This document shows positions 29,632 through 45,031 of a stretch of 64,000 nucleotides of DNA, piece by piece. The notes under the pieces are model-generated. The model ran no database searches and had not been told where the DNA came from. It worked only from the letters and a program-made list of their open reading frames with translations. The stretch covers positions 17,360,001 to 17,424,000 of the forward strand of contig CM022676.1 in the NCBI GenBank assembly GCA_012295275.1, read 5' to 3'. The translations under genes and the position numbers were made by a program. This DNA comes from Chrysomallon squamiferum. Its lineage: Eukaryota; Animalia; Mollusca. Each line of letters starts with the position of its first letter. The first letter of the stretch is position 1.

Positions 29632-29670
<39 letters not shown>

Positions 29671-29872
29671 TCTGATAAAACAATTTAAAACAGTTTATTT
29701 GTTTATTATTTAAAATTAACTAATGATTAGTGTTGGTGTGAATATCTGTGTGTGTGTGTGTATGTGTGTGTGTGTTTGTGTGTCTGTGATAAAACAATTT
29801 AAAACAGTTTATTTGTTTATTAATTAAAATTAACTAATGATTAGTGTTGGTGAAACCTAAGGCAACCGAATA

Positions 29873-29908
<36 letters not shown>

Positions 29909-30238
29909 TGTGATAAAACAATTTAAAACAGTTTATTTGTTTATTAATTAAAATTAACTAATGATTAGTGTTGGTGAAACCTAAGGCAACCGAATATCTG
30001 TGTGTGTGTGTGTGTGTATGTGTGTGTGTGTTTGTGTGTCTGTGATAAAACAATTTAAAACAGTTTATTTGTTTATTATTTAAAATTAACTAATGATTAG
30101 TGTTGGTGAAACCTAAGGCAACCGAATATTTGTGTGTGTGTGTGTGTGTCTGTGATAAAACAATTTAAAACAGTTTATTTGTTTATTATTTAAAATTAAC
30201 TAATGATTAGTGTTGGTGAAACCTAAGGCAACCGAATA

Positions 30239-30280
<42 letters not shown>

Positions 30281-30482
30281 TGTGATAAAACAATTTAAAA
30301 CAGTTTATTTGTTTATTATTTAAAATTAACTAATGATTAGTGTTGGTGAAACCTAAGGCAACCGAATATGTGTATGTGTGTGTGTGTGTGTCTGTGATAA
30401 AACAATTTAAAACAGTTTATTTGTTTATTATTTAAAATTAACTAATGATTAGTGTTGGTGAAACCTAAGGCAACCTAATATC

Positions 30483-30513
<31 letters not shown>

Positions 30514-30520
30514 CTGTGTG
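29632..30520. repeat. composite tandem repeat: 7 copies of a ~90 bp AT-rich core, each joined by variable (TG)n
   Basis: Core tctgtgataaaacaatttaaaacagtttatttg..gtgttggtgaaacctaaggcaaccgaatat starts near 29669, 29783, 29907, 30039, 30149, 30279 and 30391. Confidence 0.95.
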
Positions 30521-30904
30521 CGTATGTTTATGTATGTCTATACTATTACTCATTGTCTGCAGAAAAGAAACAAATAAATAAAAAATAACAAAAATAAATA
30601 GTAATACCTGATACATTTACTTCTATATCTTTGTAATTCACCTGTTTACATTTTAAACACAAAATAAATACAAAATAAAAATACAAAAATAAATAAGAAA
30701 TGAGATGTTTTAATATATCATGCACGTGTTTGACAGAAATCAGTCCATTAGAAATCAAAAATTTCAAATAAAGTGTGTATGACGTCATCACTGCTGTCTG
30801 ACGTCATCAGAAATACAAAACGTAAACAAACATAAATAAATAAATAAATGAAAATATTAGCTGAGTGATGACTAAAAGTGACAGTGTTTGAACGATGTTG
30901 TTTT

Positions 30905-32526
30905 TTACACTAAAAATAACAAAGCTGGTATTTGTCCTCCATACACACGTGTACGACCAAGTTGTCTCTCACTGTGTTTAGATTTGTGTGACTCAGAAAA
31001 TCTACAAACAAAAGAGTCTACAACAATTTCTGATTTACCTCCAACTCCACATCATGTGTTGTCTCCCTTAACATTAACAAACAAGCTGTACTCAGTGTCT
31101 TTAGTAATCTTCACTGGACGACTGAACACGACGTCATACACGTCAGACACGTTTTCATATCTCTGTGTCAGCGTAGACCCGTCCAGTGTTTCGTCTGTTC
31201 TTGTGTCAGTGACGAAGGCGCTGACGTCGTAGTTTTGTGGTTCACGGTGACCGTACAACTGAAATCCGCGAAGTAAAGCTTTTTTGTTGACACAGAAAGT
31301 AATGGCGTCATCTTCTTTACCAGAACATGGGAAGCCCGAAACAAATTCAATATACCCTTTAAACCTGTTTATTGTAATCTGTGTTTTAGGAATCATTGCA
31401 GTTCTCTTGTTTGAGTTAAAAGGTGAAACATCTTCATCTGGACAAAGGAAATGTTTTGTAATTTTGAGTTCTTCTGTCTCAGTGAGTATGTGAGTTGGTG
31501 TTACGTGTTTTACAAAATACGTCTGATCGAGTAATGGATAACGCACGTGCTTCACGACCTCTCCCAGTGCTTCGCGCATGTTTTTTTCATTTGTCTCTCT
31601 TCCTTCCTTCCTGCACGCGCTGTCAGCCCACTTCACAGCGGCTTCAAAAACATTTTTCTCGTCTGCTGTCAGTTCGTCTGATCGTACGATCTCAACCAGA
31701 CATTCGTGACAAAGATCGGTGACTTCATCCGACTTCAAAACTTCGTCGCCATTTTCCAAAATGAAGTCCAGAGTTTTTTTCCTTAGATCATGTTTATCAA
31801 ACAAGTGAGCTTGTTCCAGCACGATGCACGCATTCCGTGACGACAACGACGACTCCAAATAGTTGACACACTGTTCTTCCAGTGTTGTGATGATGTACTT
31901 CCTCGATAGATACAGCAGACCGGTGACGTTGTCGCCTGTTAGGACGACGTCATCCGTGTAAAGATATCTGTGTAAAAGAAGTAGAGTAAGACTTTAAAAT
32001 GTGAGATAACTATGTGAGATCAGTTAATAAAGATATCTGTGTAAAAGAAGTAGAGTAAGACTTCAAAATGTGAGATAATTATGTGAGATTAATTAAATAG
32101 AAAATAATTAGATTACTAACAAAAACTGTATTGTTATCAACGTTTCTGTCTGTATGTATGTCTCACTTCTTCACTGTGTTCGTACATGTGTTTCCATGTC
32201 TCTATGTGTGTGTGTCAGTATGGGTGTTTGTGTGTGCGTGTGTGTATGTGTGTGTGTTTTTTAACATACTTTAAAAACTCTGAAAAGATGTCTGCCTTCA
32301 CATCAGGTATCACAATATCTGATTTTTCGCGAAGTTCTCCAGTCAACATCCGACTGAAAACTTCGCTTCGAATGATCAGAATAAACTGATGCGCGTCAAC
32401 AGCCGTTTTTTGTTCCCCGACTAAACATCTGACGTCCGTGTGAGTTTTTGTAAGAAAAACGTGTTCAAGGCATTCTTTCAGATTCTTCCCTGTCTGCCAA
32501 CCTGAGACTGAAGTTGAGGTGGCCAT
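30905..32526 (-). pseudogene. BTB-BACK-PHR copy B with in-frame TGA in the PHR domain (truncated gene or young pseudogene)
   Basis: Exon 1 32526-32270; exon 2 from 31967. TGA at 31054-31052 aligns with TGG (W) of A/D, and the frame stays open for 48 more codons to the homologous TAA at 30907-30905. The acceptor region is tandemly duplicated. Confidence 0.8.
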
Positions 32527-32546
32527 GTTCTCACTAGAAACAGAAG

Positions 32547-32632
<86 letters not shown>

Positions 32633-32806
32633 CATAATCATACTAAATATAATTTACAAATATTTCCGTGTACATATGACATGTACATGGACATATTCCA
32701 AAACCGAAACAACCACTTTTTATATAAAAAATTAATCAAAATCATTTCTAAAAACCGACTACTTTCTGTTTAACGCCTCTACTGCTGAACACTGAGATCA
32801 GAGATC

Positions 32807-32847
<41 letters not shown>

Positions 32848-33408
32848 AAGATAAGGAAAGAAAGAAAAACATCGGATAGATAAAGGATAAAAAAGAAATA
32901 TCTTGTGGTTATGGTAATGATTACTATCCTGATGACGAAGACACAAAGAATTATTTTTATTATCAGTATTATTATAAACAGAGGTGTGTGGTCAGTCAGG
33001 TAAGAAATATTTCACTGTGGGAGAAACGATTTTCATATCGCAATGTACTTGTGGTCATTTATAACAATTTACCTCTCGAAAAGACAGCAAAATTATCCGT
33101 CAGTGACAGATCTAAAAAGAAACACTAAAGAACAAGAAATATTAATAAAGAAAAAAAAATAATAATAAAGAAACAAACCAGGATGCGATATTTTTGAAAT
33201 AGAAAACAATTTAAAATACCTTCTAATTTAAACTTGATGATGGACAATTTATTTAAGCGACTATTTTCTCTCTGTCGACTCAACTGCTGTAGATCACCGC
33301 TATCACAGATCTAAGAATAAATGAATACAAATTAAAATAAAATAAAACGAAATGAAATAAAGTAAGCAATAAATAGCAAAATATATCAATAAGAAATAAT
33401 GGCTCTAC

Positions 33409-33608
33409 NNNNNNNNNNNNNNNNNNNNNNNNNNNNNNNNNNNNNNNNNNNNNNNNNNNNNNNNNNNNNNNNNNNNNNNNNNNNNNNNNNNNNNNNNNNN
33501 NNNNNNNNNNNNNNNNNNNNNNNNNNNNNNNNNNNNNNNNNNNNNNNNNNNNNNNNNNNNNNNNNNNNNNNNNNNNNNNNNNNNNNNNNNNNNNNNNNNN
33601 NNNNNNNN
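33409..33608. other. assembly gap, 200 N
   Basis: Run of exactly 200 N at the fold of the inverted repeat. Confidence 1.
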
Positions 33609-34135
33609 ACATAAATTGTGTAAATTAAAACTATTTCTTCAGGTGATGAGTAGAAGTGTTAATATTTGAACAATGATTATTATTTTGTTTCTTTTTTTTT
33701 AGGTTTATATTTAGGCCCTATATATTATATTATATTACATTATATTATATTTCTTGTCTGACTGACCACTCACCTCTGTTTATAATAATAATGATAATTA
33801 TAATAATAATTATTTGTGTCTTCGTCATCATCATAGTAATCATTATCATAAGCACAAGGTATTTCTTTTTATCCTTTATCTATCCGATATATTTCTTTCT
33901 TTCCTTATCTTTTTTTTTTAATTAATTAATTAATTTTTTACTTAGGTAGTTATTGATTTATTTTTAGACCTCTGATCTCAGTGTTAAGTAGTAGAGGCGT
34001 TAAACAGAAAGTATCAGCTTTTAGAAATTATCTTCGTTTGATTACTTTTTTTTTTTTTTTCGATTTTGGAATATGTCCGTGCACAGGTCATATGTACAGG
34101 GAAATAGTTTTAAATTATTTTTAGTATGACGTTAC

Positions 34136-34174
<39 letters not shown>

Positions 34175-34400
34175 GAGTGAGTTATTGATGTCAAATTTTT
34201 ATTTTATTGATATATATTCTTTTTGTTTTTATTACTTTACTTTTTTATTTATTTTTTATTATTACTATATAATTAATTAATTAAAACATTTTAATTTAAG
34301 TTGACTTATTATTTTTTTTTTTCTGTAGAAATATTACAGTTCCATATCTGACCATTTTCTTTTTCCATTTCTGTCACTACTGCATATTCTCCTTCTTCTT

Positions 34401-34431
<31 letters not shown>

Positions 34432-34641
34432 TTATTATTATTATAATTGTTATTATTATTGTTATTGTTATAGCTATTATTATATTCATTACTATTACTA
34501 TTATTATTGTTATTATTATTATTGTTGTTGTTATTATAATTATTATTACTGTTACTGTTATTACTGTTGTTGTTATTGTTGTTGTTATTATAATTATAAT
34601 AATTATTATTATTATTATTATCCTCTGTTTGTAGTTAAAAC

Positions 34642-35936
34642 ATAGCCACCGCTGCTGGAATCTCAAGTTGGCAGACAGGAAAGAATCTGATGCAATGTAT
34701 TGAACACGTTTTTCGTACAAGAACTGACACGGACGTCAGATTTCCTGTTGGTGAACATAAAACGGCTGTGGATGCTCACCGATTTATTTTGATCATTCGA
34801 AGCGAAGTTTTTCATCAGATGTTCACCGGAGAACTTCGCGAACAAAACAATATCAAAATACCGGATGTGCAGGCAGAAATCTTCTCACAGTTTTTAAAGT
34901 ATGTTAAAACACACACACACACACACACAAATACACACACACACACACACATACATACGCACACGTATGAACACAGTGAGACAAAAAGACATATATATAG
35001 ACAGAAACGTTGATAACAATACAGTTTTTGTTAGTAATCTAATTATTTTGTAATTAATTAATCTCACCTAACTATCTCACGTTTTAAAGTCTTACTCTAC
35101 TTCTTTTACACAGATATCTTTATACGGATGACGTCGTCCTAACAGGCGACAACGTCATCGGTCTGCTGTATATATCGAGGAAGTACATCATCACAACACT
35201 TGAACATCAGTGCGTAAACTATTTGGAGTCGTCGTTGTCGTCACGGAATGCGTGCGTCGTTCTGGAACAAGCTCACCTGTTTGATGAACATGATCTTAGG
35301 AAACAAACTCTGGACTACATTTTGAAAAATGGTGACGAAGTTTTGAAGTCAGATGAAGTCACCGATCTTTGTCACGAATGTCTGGTTGAGATCGTACGAT
35401 CAGACGAACTGGCAGCAGACGAGAAAAATGTTTTTGAAAGCGCGTGCAGGAAGCAAGGGAAACAGACGAATGGAGAAAACATGCGCGAAGCACTGGGAGA
35501 CGTCGTGAAGCACGTGCGTTATCCTTTACTCGATGAGAGGTATTTTGTAAAACACGTGACACCCACTCACCTACTCACTGAGACAGATGAACTTAAAATT
35601 ACAAAACATTTCCTTTGTCCAGATGAAGATGTTTCACCTTTTAACTCAAACATAAGAACTAAATCACAGATTAAAATAAACAGGTTTGGTATTACATTTT
35701 TTGGTTACTTGTCATGTCCTGGTAAAGAAGATGACGCCATTACTTTCTCTGTGAACAAAGACGCTTTACTTGGCGGATTTCAGTTGTACGGTGACCGTGA
35801 ACCACGAAACTACGACAACAGTTTCAAATGTAGTATGTCTGTTAAATTGCAACAAAACATATTTTATCCCGCCGCAACCTTAAAATTTCAGGTTTTTCTG
35901 TCTTTCTGTTTTAGCTGCAGCTACAAAAAGCTCTAG
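34642..35936 (+). pseudogene. BTB-BACK-(partial PHR) copy C, pseudogene
   Basis: Start codon ATG>ATA at 34642; exon 1 34642-34898; exon 2 from 35114. In-frame loss of AAVKWAD in BACK and of 4 aa before PHR. Homology stops after PRNYD at 35816 and the frame runs into TIR-element sequence to a stop at 35936. Confidence 0.85.
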
Positions 35937-36595
35937 TCACATACTTGTCACACACAACTCAAAAATAAAAAAAGCGACAGTCTGATTTGAAATAATTTAT
36001 TGACCAGGTTCCTTCATAAACAATGGTTAATTAAAGTACTGATAACACCTGCTGTAGTAGTCAGAAACTGTTTGTATATAAACGTTTCCATTCTGACTGA
36101 GATTTAACTGTCTATGCCAGTGGTGTGCCAGAAGACAGGAGTATCAGGGATACTATGCACTGTGCTATTCCACGGGGTGGGGGGCATTTCCTAGCAAATT
36201 ACAAAACCTTGGATGTGCGATTTCCAGGGGTTTGTAATTAACTGCTGCACTGGGACATTTCAGTTTTCCTTCCACCTACTGTTAAACTGTTGTGAACAAA
36301 ACAGTGACTAATCCGGATGCTGTCTACTTCGGATACTGAATGTAAATTCCAGAAGAAAAGACAAATAATTTACATAGCAATTAGCATTGTCAATAACTAC
36401 ATAATACATATATATATATATAACTACACCCGTCACGTCCGTTTTGCACAATCAGAGTAGTATTCACTCTTTCTTAAACATATCTTCACACACACAAACA
36501 CAGACACACATACACACACACACACACATACACACAATTATAGATGCACATATACACATATACATTGGTATACACACATACATTAAAAAAAAACG

Positions 36596-39216
<2,621 letters not shown>

Positions 39217-40623
39217 ACTGCATTTTGGTTGAGGTGTTATTTATCTAGTGTGTATGTGTAAATATATATATAAATATATATCTGTGTGGGTGGTTTGTGT
39301 TACGGACTTTTGTTTCGGAGAAAGATCTGCAGATTTATTTTTTATTAGGTGACAACGGTGGAACGGTCGCTGTCCACTGAACTCACTGGTTAACTAACTA
39401 GTCACACACACACCACACACGCACACACACACACACACGCGCACACACACACACACGCACACAGAGACACATACAGTGGACTCAGTTGGGACCAGTGAGG
39501 TATGCCTTTTTAAACAGAACGCCGGTTTATAAATATTTTATGAAAACTTGTCATATTTCCAACTCCATAACTCTACAGCTTTTCAGGATGATAGTATTTA
39601 TCAATAGTTTTACTCAGTGTTATGTCAACACTGTTAATAGCTTGCAAAATACACGTGACACAATTGTTTTCTAAGTTTTTATTACATTTTCCCATTACTT
39701 AATATATATAACAATGGCGATACTTTTATTATAAGTTTTAATTTCACACACACACACACACACAGACAAACACACACACATTGTTTCAGAAATATAACAT
39801 AACGTGAAACTCTGTTCGAATGCGGGACAGAAAAGTAAAGATCAAAATGACATAATGAAATCTTAGACTTTCTTTAACGGTTCAGTTATAAATGAGAATA
39901 GCCTCTCTGATTAAACCCGTCACAATTTTTTCATCGTCATAAAGTGAAGCCCGCTTTACAGTTTTTTTTGTCGGATAAAAGACAAATATAATACTCTTCT
40001 ACACGCAAAATAGAACTTTTTTTTACGTATATGGATCTATACAGACTCTTATCTATCCTCTTCATAACATATATAATTATTTAATAGCAGTGAAAAACAG
40101 GATGCAAAGATAACATAATAATCGTACTACTACTACTACTACTACTACTAATAATAATAATAATAATTGTAATAACAATAATAAGAACATTCTTTCTCTA
40201 TATATTAGACACCTTTATTTCGTATTTTTAACACATACACACACACAGAGACATACATATATATTGTTTTTAAACTAATTAATTCAGTATACTATAGCAT
40301 ATATTTCATTAGTTGAATAATCTAAATACATACAGTTTGTTTCTATGCGTGAATGAGAGACTGCACAAAAGACAGGTATGACGCAAACGTTTTAAGTCTC
40401 ACGTTTATTAAAACTAATACAATATCACAAATATACGCAAACTAGAAGTATAATTGTAAATTTAATACATTTGATTATTTTAATAACTGTGATTAATCTA
40501 ATCTCTCTCTCTCTGTCTCTCTATCTCTCTGTTTCTCTCTCTCTGTTTCTCTCACTCTCTGTCTCTCTCACTCTCTGTCTCTCTGTCTCTTTCTTTCTCT
40601 CTCTCTCACTCTCTCTTTGTCTC

Positions 40624-40655
<32 letters not shown>

Positions 40656-41561
40656 AGATACACCTACATATACATGTCTGTCTGAAACACGTCTGATTGA
40701 GTACAATTATTATCTTCTCTCAATATAACTAAATTAATTTCCTGATAGTAATTATTGTATGAAATGTGTTGATAATATTCACCTGATCGCCCTCTTTGTC
40801 AGTAAATTCACAGAGAAGTGGATTGAATTTTATGTTAGCTTATTTAATAGCTTATAAAAATACACTTAACTTATTTCAATAGATGTTGCCGCTATTTTCT
40901 TCTTTATTTTTATTTGACAAAAACATTAAGTTTTCTTTTATATATATATATATATGTACTTCTCATTTCGAACTTTTCTTTCCTGGTGAAGGTACATGCA
41001 CACATATTTTCTTCCCACGAAAGAAAAGTTTGAAGAGACAAAGTGGAATCTCCCATGTTAGTTCAGTTAACCTCTAAAAAAATACAGAAATCTTGAATAT
41101 GGCGACTGTAAGGAGATAAAGATAAGATTTTGTTTTCACTGACGAACAAAGGAATGTTTTCTTCTTCTGCATCTATCTTTCTTTTTTTTATTTCTTTTCA
41201 TTTATATAGCTTTTCACGTCTCCATTCACGGCATAAACCAATTTGAAATATGTTCAAACCATATTTTATTTGTTTACTGAAGCGAAACTTACTATGTTGT
41301 TTGTTTGCACGGGTGAATAATAAAAAAGTTACAAGTGTTTTATAATGACAGATTTATTGATTTATTCCGGAGTATTATAAAGAACACACTTCAAACCCAA
41401 AGATGATGAAGAGATGCTCGTCTTATTAAATAAAGCAATAAAGTACATTGCAATTAAACTAATACAGCACAAAACCTACACCTACACTTTCACTGTCACG
41501 AGAGATTTTAATGCGTAAAAACTATTATTTTATGTCAGAGATACTAATACTATTATTCTGT

Positions 41562-41592
<31 letters not shown>

Positions 41593-43073
41593 TATTTTAT
41601 TTATAAAAAACTATCTGGAATCGGGTCTTTAATACGAATCACATACACATTTGAAAATGAACATGTTTTAACACACGCACACACACACAGGAACACTCAC
41701 AAACACAAAAACAATGGAACAATAAATCCTATCTGAAACTGAACGACGAACTGGACGATACTGGATCTGGTTAAGTTAAAAATCATAAGAACATAACACA
41801 ACTATGAGATATAAAAAAACGTTGGAATTGCCCACTGACACGCCAGTGCTGATCCCCTATGTATAGTTTAACAGTTTACATTATGTCTGTTTACCGAGGC
41901 GAAACGCTTCATCCTGTTCAGTCGGGTTTTGAATACGCGCAGTCATACGAGTTTCATAAAATTAATTCAGGTACAGGCCAAAAGAGGGTAGTCAGCAAAG
42001 GAAATAACTAAATATATAAATATAATAAAAATGAAATAACAAAAGTAATGAATATATCTGTTATTAGAAGTAGTATTATTATACGTTTGGTGATAATGAT
42101 GGTTATTAGTAGTAGTCGAGAAGTGAGTAGTATTTATATTAGTAATAATAGTAGTAGTAATATTAGTCGTAATAGTAGTAGTAGTTGTCTTTCCTGTACG
42201 TTTTTTTGTTTTATCTTTTTAAAAATGTTTTAATTTCGCAAGATAAAATAGAAACATACGTTAGAAAACGATGTTTGTTGAGTTCGGGTCAAGCCACTGT
42301 GTGATTTTTATCTATTATATATCATATCATTACTTTAGAAAAAATAATAAACACAGGAATATACATATTTACAAAACACTAGCGAACCGCATCTATTATT
42401 TAACTCAGGTCCGCTCCTGAGACTGATAAACAAATATTTACATCTTCTGGCAGAAAGACAACAGTCAGCTGATCGCGTGATTCAGCAGGACCGCGTGACT
42501 GACACAGATAAAATACTTCGTCATGAGAAATAAATCTTGTTTAATTTAATACTGGATATCGAATGTTACAGTGGGTAGAGAGGAAAAACTCGGTTTAACC
42601 GCCTCGTTTAGTACAAATTTCAAAATGATAAAAAAGAAGAAAAAAATACACCTTACAATTTAGTCGTCCTGTGAAAACAGGTGTTTTGTTTTATATTAAT
42701 TCAAGTGCTAACAAAATGTAGGTTGCACAAACAAAACAATCCAAACAAAAGAAGATCTTTTTTTGCAAACTTTATAACAATAATAGCTTGTGTATTCGTT
42801 GTGATTATTATTGTAATTATTATTATTATTATAATTATTATTATTATTATTGTTGTTGTTGTTGTTGTTGTTGTTGCTGTTGTTGTTGTTGCTGGTTCTG
42901 TTGCTGTTTGTGTTACTGTTGTTGCCACTGTTTATGACTTGTTTAAGACACTATGACAGGAATTAGTAAAGTAAAAATAATTATCGTGATGGTATAATAC
43001 TACACTTATGCACTAGGAAAATAATGGAATAACAGCTAATTTAGAAACATATTTTTTTTATAATACCAAAAAT

Positions 43074-43127
<54 letters not shown>

Positions 43128-44970
43128 ATATACGCTGGTAATGACACACATTACACAACGTGAAGACGATATCAAAAGTGAAACAAATATTTTACCAAAT
43201 CCCGCTGGCAAACGCGTATCGCAGTTTTCAAAGCGAGGTCAAAGTTCAAAGGTTCTCTCCCAGTGACCTCCCTCTGCATCAGTAGTAACCGCTGGACCGT
43301 GCAAAAACCCGCTTGTCGCTTGTTCATCCTCAGACCCGAGTTTTTCTTGCTGACGTCATAGATTAGATTCCCGCAGACGTCAGTGAAAAGAGCGAGAGAA
43401 GCCAGCCCAGGCTAACACATTTTAAAACTTTGTTACACACAAAACTCGATTTAGCTAAATATCTTAATTCTCAAATTTACAAACTAACTTTAAGAATTCG
43501 TCATCGCGTATTTTCAGGTAAAAAGAGTATTATGGATGGTTAAAGAGAAATTCATTTCTTTATATATATTTCTAGTTTATTGACTCTCTATAATTACCAG
43601 TGTGTGTGTATGTGTGTGTTTTAGTATATAAATTTGCTTTATATTTTCTGTTTCATATATAGTTGTATTCTGTTTTTGATCTAAATTAAAAGGTCTCTCT
43701 CCCACGACACGCTGTGTCTGCGTGTCCAATAAATTCTAATATTCGACATGAATCGCTTTGATATTGTAAAACGTTTCTTAACACTTGTATTATGACAAAT
43801 ATTAATATTAAAACCCACAGCTATTTTATTGACAGGAGAAAACTATTCTCACTGCTCTACAGTTTAGAAGTAAACAATATTTTATACATACCTTTTTAAA
43901 GACAGTTGAAAACAGATTTTTCATACATCAGTCCTGGAGCCATTGCTGAAATGGAAAACAAACAGGTCATTGGTTCAACTCTTCTTGGAGACTCTAAGGT
44001 CACTACGAAACAATAGTGTGTAACAATCGTGGTATGTAATTTAATGTACCTAACAAGAGATGTGAAAACTGTTTAGATGATAAAACAAAATGTAACAAAG
44101 TTTAATTTTATTTTACTACGACACAATAAAATTTACATTTTATTGTTATTGTCATAACTATTGTTATTGTTATTATTAATAACATTATTTATTTATTAAT
44201 TTATTTATATTTTCTCTCGAAACTGTTTGGATACAGGGTTATGGTTGGATTATGTTAAGAAATGTATTAGAATAGTATTACGTCTAGGGTGATAGTGGGG
44301 GGTCTTAGGATTAGGGTTTAGGCTATGGACAGACAGTGAGACGAAATTAATCATAAACTTAATCACAGGCTTAGGTGCACAGATGTAGAGCTAACATTCA
44401 GATAAGTAATATCAGAAACGTTCTTGTATTTAGAGTTAATTCGGGGATAGTATTAGTATTGGTTTAAGGTTAAATATAAAGATAAAATTAGTAATTCCTA
44501 TAAATATTTTCATGTATGAAAAATATCCTGTTTGAAAATTATCCTGAATTAACACTACCCTCTACAACTCACCAATCTCTGAAATATGTGGAATTTGATG
44601 CTGAAAGAGAAACCATTTTGAAACACTCATTAAACTAACTCAACACCCTCTGAACCCTCTTTTGGCTTCATCTTACAACCCTCTTTATGTCTGTCATGAC
44701 CTGTTTTCTACACCATTTCTCCCACCTGTAGCGTTCTCTTTATTTGTATTGCCAATACACATTTTAACATCGAACCAGACTGCTTCAAATGCATTACAAT
44801 AAGAGTGTTCTAAAAGCCTTTTTTATGAATAACTGAACTTATCGTGTTTCTGCTTTTCTTAGCCTTTTGTATCACTCGTTTATATCGTGATGGCCTTTTC
44901 ATGAGACTTTACAAAGATACACTGTTATGAGTCGTACTTATTTTAAATAAGAAACAATTTAATAATAATG

Positions 44971-45031
<61 letters not shown>

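Noticed and set aside
29632-30520. Repeat-spacer periodicity resembling a CRISPR array
   Set aside because: Cores are ~90 bp, the spacers are just (TG)n, there are no cas genes, and the context is an intron-containing animal genome.
31052-31054. Selenocysteine codon (UGA followed by Cys)
   Set aside because: It aligns to Trp, not Cys, in paralogs. The 3' hairpin is shared with TGG-containing copies and does not look like a SECIS by eye.
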